Below are positions 6,806-11,178 of a DNA stretch of 11,178 bases, one piece after another (the first letter of the stretch is position 1; each line of letters starts with the position of its first letter). The DNA is taken from positions 1 through 11,178 of the forward strand of contig JBGSUI010000258.1 in assembly GCA_041736175.1 (NCBI GenBank), read 5' to 3'. The notes under the pieces are model-generated. The model did no database searches, was not told where the DNA came from, and saw nothing but the letters and a program-made list of their open reading frames with translations. The position numbers were made by a program, and so were the translations under genes. The DNA is from Oligoflexales bacterium. Lineage in GTDB: Bacteria; Bdellovibrionota_B; Oligoflexia; Oligoflexales; CAIYRB01.

Positions 6806-9225
6806 GTGCGTCTTCCACTTTTTTGGTCTTTGGGACCAAGCATGGCTAAGACCCGCTCAGCCCGGGCTTGGAGGGATTCGGGAGACCCCGTGTGTACTGG
6901 GTTTTGTTTAGAAAGAGGACGCGGCGCTTGCGGACCGACGGTCGTCCTTTGGAGGGTGGGCGTCGGTTTCGGTGACCTTGACTCGAACTGTGATTCGGAC
7001 TGCGATTCGGACTGCTGTTGAACGGGGATTTGTCGCGCCGTGAGAGTGCCAACACTGGCTCCTAGGGCCGCAAGTTTCGCCGTCACCGCTGGGTAGGGGC
7101 AGATCAGGATGATGGCCGAACCGTAGCTCGCGATCCCCCGGGATGCGACCGCATAGTCGACTAAGAGTTGGACATCGATCTTATCCTGGGGAATGGAAAT
7201 GGAAGTGGAAGGGGAAGGGGAAGGGGAAGGGGAACTGGCCAATGACCAAATCTCCACAAGGCACTCAGACTGGCAAGATTGACTCGGGCGATGTCGGGAG
7301 GAGGTTGCAATACTTTCCTCTAACATGTGACCCCATTGTTTTATGTGAAGAGCACTCTGTAAGACTTCGCTTACATAGGGTTTGTGAATCGAAAAGTGCG
7401 GCAGGTTAATCCGTTGAACCGCCTCCGTCCAATCTCTTACCAACTGGTTTTTTTCTGCAGTAAACTGCGCCAAGATAATCTCTAAGACCTGCCCCTTTAT
7501 ATTGTGATGAGAGTACTGGTCCAGGACCTGGTCAAAACGTTTGATTTTTGATTCCAAATACCTTGTGATCGACAAGGCTTCTTGGATGACGAGATGGGGC
7601 TGGTCCAATGGATTTGGTTTTTGGCTATCGGTGATTTTACGCCACTGGATAATAAGTCTCTCAAGACGTTGGATGCGGTCCTGGAAATCTAGGATTTTTG
7701 TATGGACCGCCTCGCGTCGCTCCCTAAGGACCATAGACCGTTCAAAGAGAATGACGTATTTTATGAGGTTCACAATATCGAGGGCTTCAGGAAGGTTTAA
7801 GGTTTTAGCAAGAACCAGCCATTCTTTGCGCACCTTGCTATATTTTTGAACAAGCTGGTCAATGGATTCATCTAAAGATTGTTTAAGGTTTTCATGCTGG
7901 CCCTCTTGGCTTGGAAGCTCCGCCAAAATCGACGAGCCTTTCACGATGACATCTTCAACCGCAGTGGCGATTCGATTGATAGGTTCCGCCATAAGATCAC
8001 TTTGGCTATTTTCAACCGAGGGTGTTGGGACTGCATCCTGAAAAATCGGTCTGGCCGGAGCTTTAAAGCGGTCAAACCAGGTTTTACCGCTGACCCCGTG
8101 GTCTCGACTGGCTCCCGATTCAGGGTTTTTGGGGGTTTTAGGGACCAGGATTTCCCGCTGATGGTGGATTTTAAGCTGATCAGCTTGGATCGACTCTAGG
8201 AGGCATCGGATTTGAGCCCCCATGGTTTCTGACTGGCTTAAATAGGATTTTAAGTGTGGCTCCACTTGGGTTTCACAATAATCCCGTAGATTTTGCGTGG
8301 ATCTCACCAGTTTGCCATAGGCCTGCAAACGACATAGGATATCGATGGCTTGATTAAAATCCGGAACTTCACCACGGAGATTTTCGAGGGCTCCCGTCAC
8401 TTTTTCTGTGGCCTCAATCTGCTGGTCCAGGTGATTTTTTTGTTTTTCTAAACTAGACAGAGACGGGCAAGTCGGTCCCGAAAGGGGTGTCACAAGATAT
8501 TGGATCTCTGCGATGATGGAAAGTTCCTTGGCGAATTTATGGGTATTTTGCTGGTTGTCATGGAGTGACCCGTGGCTGGTTTCTTTTGATGCCTGTTGTT
8601 GCAGCGCTGTCCAATGCTTACCCCTAAGGTCTAAGTCTGAATATTTGCTAAAGAGGGGATCGAGGAGTTCGCTTATTTTTACCGCTTGTTGAAAGGTCAC
8701 AGGGGTTTCAGATTCGAGATTCTTTTGGATTAAATTTAGGTGGTCTTGAATTTTGGCCTGCAAATGACGCCCTAATCCAAGATGAGGCGGTTCGTTTTCG
8801 CCTAAGGGCCACAGTTCGACCCGGTTGGACGCTATAGCGAGCTGAAATGGATAAAACAATTTATCTTTATTTTTGTCGAAATCAATGGGTTGCTCCACTG
8901 AAATCCCAATCCCTTTTAATAGGTGGATAAAGGCCATCGAAGCGTCTACCACTTCGCCGTCGCGAGTCACCCGCAAGCTGCCTGATTTACGCAAAATACT
9001 CCACGAGGTTCCATCATCGTCATGGATCTGCAGGACTACTTCACTTGGGTGACTGGTTATCTGCCCCAACAGCGCAAACCGAAACGCCTCAAGAATGGGC
9101 TTAAGGGCCACAGAATCTGCCTCAATTATTTGCAGATTCTTAAGGTCTCCTGTCCCAGTGGGAAACCGGAGGAAGTTCCAAGTCTCTTGGGACAATTGAC
9201 GATAACGTAGCGATGTCACATGCAT
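6802..9225 (-). CDS. SbcC/YhaN (SMC-like) coiled-coil protein with degenerate ATPase motifs (807 aa)
   Basis: Long ORF with AAGGAG RBS. The N-terminus resembles an SMC/Rad50/AAA_27 head (..LQII.....K.ILEAFRFALLG...EVVLQI..DGTSW.ILRK), followed by long heptad-rich helical segments and a C-terminal AIILICPYP element resembling the switch region. Its stop overlaps the DUF962 stop (6802-6805). The ORF is secure; the family assignment is by eye. Confidence 0.7.
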   Translation of the reverse strand: MHVTSLRYRQLSQETWNFLRFPTGTGDLKNLQIIEADSVALKPILEAFRFALLGQITSHPSEVVLQIHDDDGTSWSILRKSGSLRVTRDGEVVDASMAFIHLLKGIGISVEQPIDFDKNKDKLFYPFQLAIASNRVELWPLGENEPPHLGLGRHLQAKIQDHLNLIQKNLESETPVTFQQAVKISELLDPLFSKYSDLDLRGKHWTALQQQASKETSHGSLHDNQQNTHKFAKELSIIAEIQYLVTPLSGPTCPSLSSLEKQKNHLDQQIEATEKVTGALENLRGEVPDFNQAIDILCRLQAYGKLVRSTQNLRDYCETQVEPHLKSYLSQSETMGAQIRCLLESIQADQLKIHHQREILVPKTPKNPESGASRDHGVSGKTWFDRFKAPARPIFQDAVPTPSVENSQSDLMAEPINRIATAVEDVIVKGSSILAELPSQEGQHENLKQSLDESIDQLVQKYSKVRKEWLVLAKTLNLPEALDIVNLIKYVILFERSMVLRERREAVHTKILDFQDRIQRLERLIIQWRKITDSQKPNPLDQPHLVIQEALSITRYLESKIKRFDQVLDQYSHHNIKGQVLEIILAQFTAEKNQLVRDWTEAVQRINLPHFSIHKPYVSEVLQSALHIKQWGHMLEESIATSSRHRPSQSCQSECLVEIWSLASSPSPSPSPSTSISIPQDKIDVQLLVDYAVASRGIASYGSAIILICPYPAVTAKLAALGASVGTLTARQIPVQQQSESQSESQFESRSPKPTPTLQRTTVGPQAPRPLSKQNPVHTGSPESLQARAERVLAMLGPKDQKSGRRT
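6980..7015. repeat. 12-bp tandem repeat x3 (GATTCGGACTGC x2 plus one variant), encodes QSES-QSES-QFES
   Basis: GACTCGAACTGT GATTCGGACTGC GATTCGGACTGC, in frame within the low-complexity C-terminal tail of the 807-aa protein. Confidence 0.85.
7195..7236. repeat. 6-bp tandem repeat (GGAAGG)4 with degenerate flanking copies, encodes SSPSPSPSPSTSIS
   Basis: GGAAAT GGAAGT (GGAAGG)x4 GGAACT. Confidence 0.9.
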
Positions 9226-9248
9226 TTTATTTCTCCTTTATTTATATC

Positions 9249-9275
9249 TAAATTCTCAAGCAGTTCAACCGATAG
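9249..9275 (+). promoter_or_regulatory. Sigma-28 (FliA)-type promoter TAAATTCT-N11-ACCGATAG
   Basis: Same -10 octamer (ACCGATAG) and same 11-nt spacer as the 5255-5281 site, upstream of the histidine kinase. Confidence 0.72.
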
Positions 9276-9348
9276 CAATATATTGAAGGTGGGAGGTTCC
9301 GATACTGATCACACAAACTAAATCTAAAAATCTGACCAGGTAAAATGA

Positions 9349-10584
9349 ATGACAAAAAATAATTATTTAAGAGAATTTAGATCGGTAAACCAGGAGAGTT
9401 TTTCTAAACTCATGCGAAACCTTGGGTTTGCTTCATCAGCGGTATATCGGTTAAAAGATAACTATTTTGTTTTGGTTTTAAAGGCGAGTGATCAAGAGGA
9501 ATGGCCGGTAGCCATAAAGTCCTTTAACAATTATACATCGGATGCTGGGCAAATATTGCATCAAGGTTGGTTTGGTGTCGAAGCTCGAAGTGAAGTAGGT
9601 GCTTCTTGGTTGAAGGAATGGCCTAAGAGTACCCATTTTTATCTACCTGATCAGGATCTTGAAGTAGATAAATTAATGTTTACTGTTTTGATGGCTTCGG
9701 GCAAACGTCTCAAGGGAGGAGAACTTTCAGGGTCCCTGGAGGCTCTTGCCAGTCGCATCAGACAAATCTATAGGTCCCTAGCTTCCCTTGGCGACCTGAC
9801 CGATACTGGCATCACAGCTTTTATAAAAACCCTGGGTTCTGACATCAGGACCATGATGGACCATGAATTGCGCACACCTTTGGCCTCTGTCACGGGTTAT
9901 TTAAATTATATTCGAGAAATGGATCCCCAAGATGACCCTGTCATTTGGCGTAAATATTTGGGTATTATAGAAAGTGAAACCAAAGTAGCCCTGGAAGCCG
10001 TAGATCGCCTTTCTCTCGCCGTGGGTCAACATGGCGAAGATGAGCCGTCTGAAGTGATCGATCTGATTGGTGAGCTCGGCAAAATTGTAGAAAACGCCCA
10101 GCAGCGAGCCCATGAAGTGGTAGGAGAAGTAAACTCTAAACAGGTCGATATCAAATTTAGAAAATTTATTGATGGCGGATGTATGATCTCTGCTCAACCT
10201 CGGGCATTTCGTTGGGCTATCTGGGAGGTCTTAAAAAATGCAATATCTTTTTCAAAATCTGGTTCGGTTGAGATGAGTCTTTATCTGGTTGACAAGTTGG
10301 TTGTGCTCGATATTGAGGATGACGGCCAGGGGGTTATTCCGGGATCTGAAGAACTTATCTTTTTGAGGTTTTTTCAAGACGTGCGTTCGACCCAAAATCG
10401 TAAAGGCAGGCGAGGACTCGGACTCGGTCTGTTTCTCGCACGTAGAATCTCCCAAAGGCATTTTGGCCAGCTCAACTACATCAGACAAAAATCTAGCAGC
10501 CTCTTTCGTTTCGTTTGGCCCTTGCATTCTGAAACTTTGGAGACTAGCGATAAATCCATCCCTTCTTGGCCCAAAAGGGCTTAA
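9349..10584 (+). CDS. Cytoplasmic sensor histidine kinase (HisKA + HATPase_c), 411 aa
   Basis: H-box MDHELRTPLASVTGY, N-box EVLKNAISF, G1 IEDDGQG, F-box IFLRFF, G2 GLGLGLFLA. No TM helix in the ~160-aa N-terminal region. Confidence 0.93.
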   Translation: MTKNNYLREFRSVNQESFSKLMRNLGFASSAVYRLKDNYFVLVLKASDQEEWPVAIKSFNNYTSDAGQILHQGWFGVEARSEVGASWLKEWPKSTHFYLPDQDLEVDKLMFTVLMASGKRLKGGELSGSLEALASRIRQIYRSLASLGDLTDTGITAFIKTLGSDIRTMMDHELRTPLASVTGYLNYIREMDPQDDPVIWRKYLGIIESETKVALEAVDRLSLAVGQHGEDEPSEVIDLIGELGKIVENAQQRAHEVVGEVNSKQVDIKFRKFIDGGCMISAQPRAFRWAIWEVLKNAISFSKSGSVEMSLYLVDKLVVLDIEDDGQGVIPGSEELIFLRFFQDVRSTQNRKGRRGLGLGLFLARRISQRHFGQLNYIRQKSSSLFRFVWPLHSETLETSDKSIPSWPKRA

Positions 10585-10607
10585 GAGCTAAACAAGGAAC
10601 ATCGAAT

Positions 10608-10991
10608 ATGACTCAAATCCTTATCATCGAAGACGAAATTCACATCCAAAGACTTATCAAGATGATTCTGGAAAAAAATGGCTACCAAGTGATGACCGTG
10701 GATTCAGGAGAGGATGGGCTCAAATACCTTCAGGAAAACCCTAAACCCCAACTCATCTTGCTCGACATTATGATGCCGGGAATCGGTGGCCTTGCTGTGC
10801 TAAAGTCACTCGGCCAGAACTCCCAACTCAAGGATATTCCCGTGGTGTTGTTGACTGCCTTAGCGCAGGAGAGTGTCGTGGTCCAGGGAATCAAATTAGG
10901 GGCGAAAGACTATATCCGCAAACCGTTTCATCCGGGTGATTTGGTAAAGCGATTGCAAAAACACATCATCCCCACCCCCGCTGCAGGATGA
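10608..10991 (+). CDS. Single-domain response regulator (CheY-like receiver), 127 aa
   Basis: ILIIEDE, LLDIMMP (phospho-Asp), LLTA and YIRKPF, with no output domain. ATG 10608 with AAGGA RBS, 23 nt after the kinase stop. Confidence 0.93.
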   Translation: MTQILIIEDEIHIQRLIKMILEKNGYQVMTVDSGEDGLKYLQENPKPQLILLDIMMPGIGGLAVLKSLGQNSQLKDIPVVLLTALAQESVVVQGIKLGAKDYIRKPFHPGDLVKRLQKHIIPTPAAG

Positions 10992-11029
10992 GGTTTAACC
11001 TATAAGTTTGAGTTGCCTAGAACGCCCCT

Positions 11030-11061
11030 TTTTTGATACATATAATTAAAGTTATCAAAAA
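11030..11061 (+). promoter_or_regulatory. Inverted repeat TTTTTGATA-N14-TATCAAAAA enclosing a TATAAT box (candidate promoter/operator)
   Basis: Arms at 11030-11038 and 11053-11061, TATAAT at 11041-11046, directly upstream of ATG 11071. Confidence 0.45.
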
Positions 11062-11070
11062 GGCTTAAAA

Positions 11071-11178
11071 ATGAAACTAGGTGTTGTCTATCGTATTGAA
11101 ACGAGTGGATCGGTTCAGCCTGACCCAAGTCCTTCCCCTTTGGTGGTGGATCGCTGTTTGTCTGCGCTCATCATGTCC
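11071..11178 (+). CDS. Partial CDS running off the window (MKLGVVYRIETSGSVQPDPSPSPLVVDRCLSALIMS...)
   Basis: ATG 11071 with AAAGG 7 nt upstream, open for 36 codons to the window end. Too short to assign a product. Confidence 0.5.
   Translation, partial: MKLGVVYRIETSGSVQPDPSPSPLVVDRCLSALIMS

Noticed and set aside
6806..9210. Plus-strand short ORFs inside the 807-aa gene, including the WKWKWKGKGKGKG peptide
   Set aside because: Antisense shadows; the odd peptide is only the hexamer repeat read in another frame.
9901..10607. Minus-strand ORFs within the kinase and the 10566 start of the receiver
   Set aside because: Shadow ORFs. The receiver fold begins at MTQILIIED, with an RBS before ATG 10608.
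11071..11178. Calling the terminal partial ORF a D-Ala-D-Ala ligase/ATP-grasp protein from MKLGVVY
   Set aside because: Thirty-six codons are not enough; many Rossmann-like folds begin this way.

Overview
Bacterial chromosomal window. The gene style and sigma-28 use are compatible with a motile Gram-negative such as Bdellovibrionota/Oligoflexia, but this is inference only. From left to right: (i) a ~650-nt, apparently non-coding, densely base-paired region best folded on the minus strand and ending in an rrn-type boxA antitermination motif at the window edge; (ii) two hypothetical envelope proteins (a signal peptide + TM protein and a lipoprotein); (iii) a K+-dependent, plant AVP1-like membrane H+-pyrophosphatase (hppA, minus strand); (iv) a sigma-28 (FliA)-type promoter driving a response regulator whose C-terminal CheA-P1/HPt-like domain has Gln in place of the phospho-His, followed by a DUF962/Mpo1-like membrane protein; (v) an 807-aa SbcC/YhaN-like coiled-coil protein with degenerate ATPase motifs and two short in-frame tandem repeats; (vi) a second sigma-28-type promoter driving a cytoplasmic histidine kinase and a single-domain receiver; (vii) the start of a further gene. 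I found no tRNA, CRISPR array or mobile element. The most interesting items are the large structured RNA/boxA leader and the sigma-28 co-regulated signalling set with a pseudo-HPt domain.
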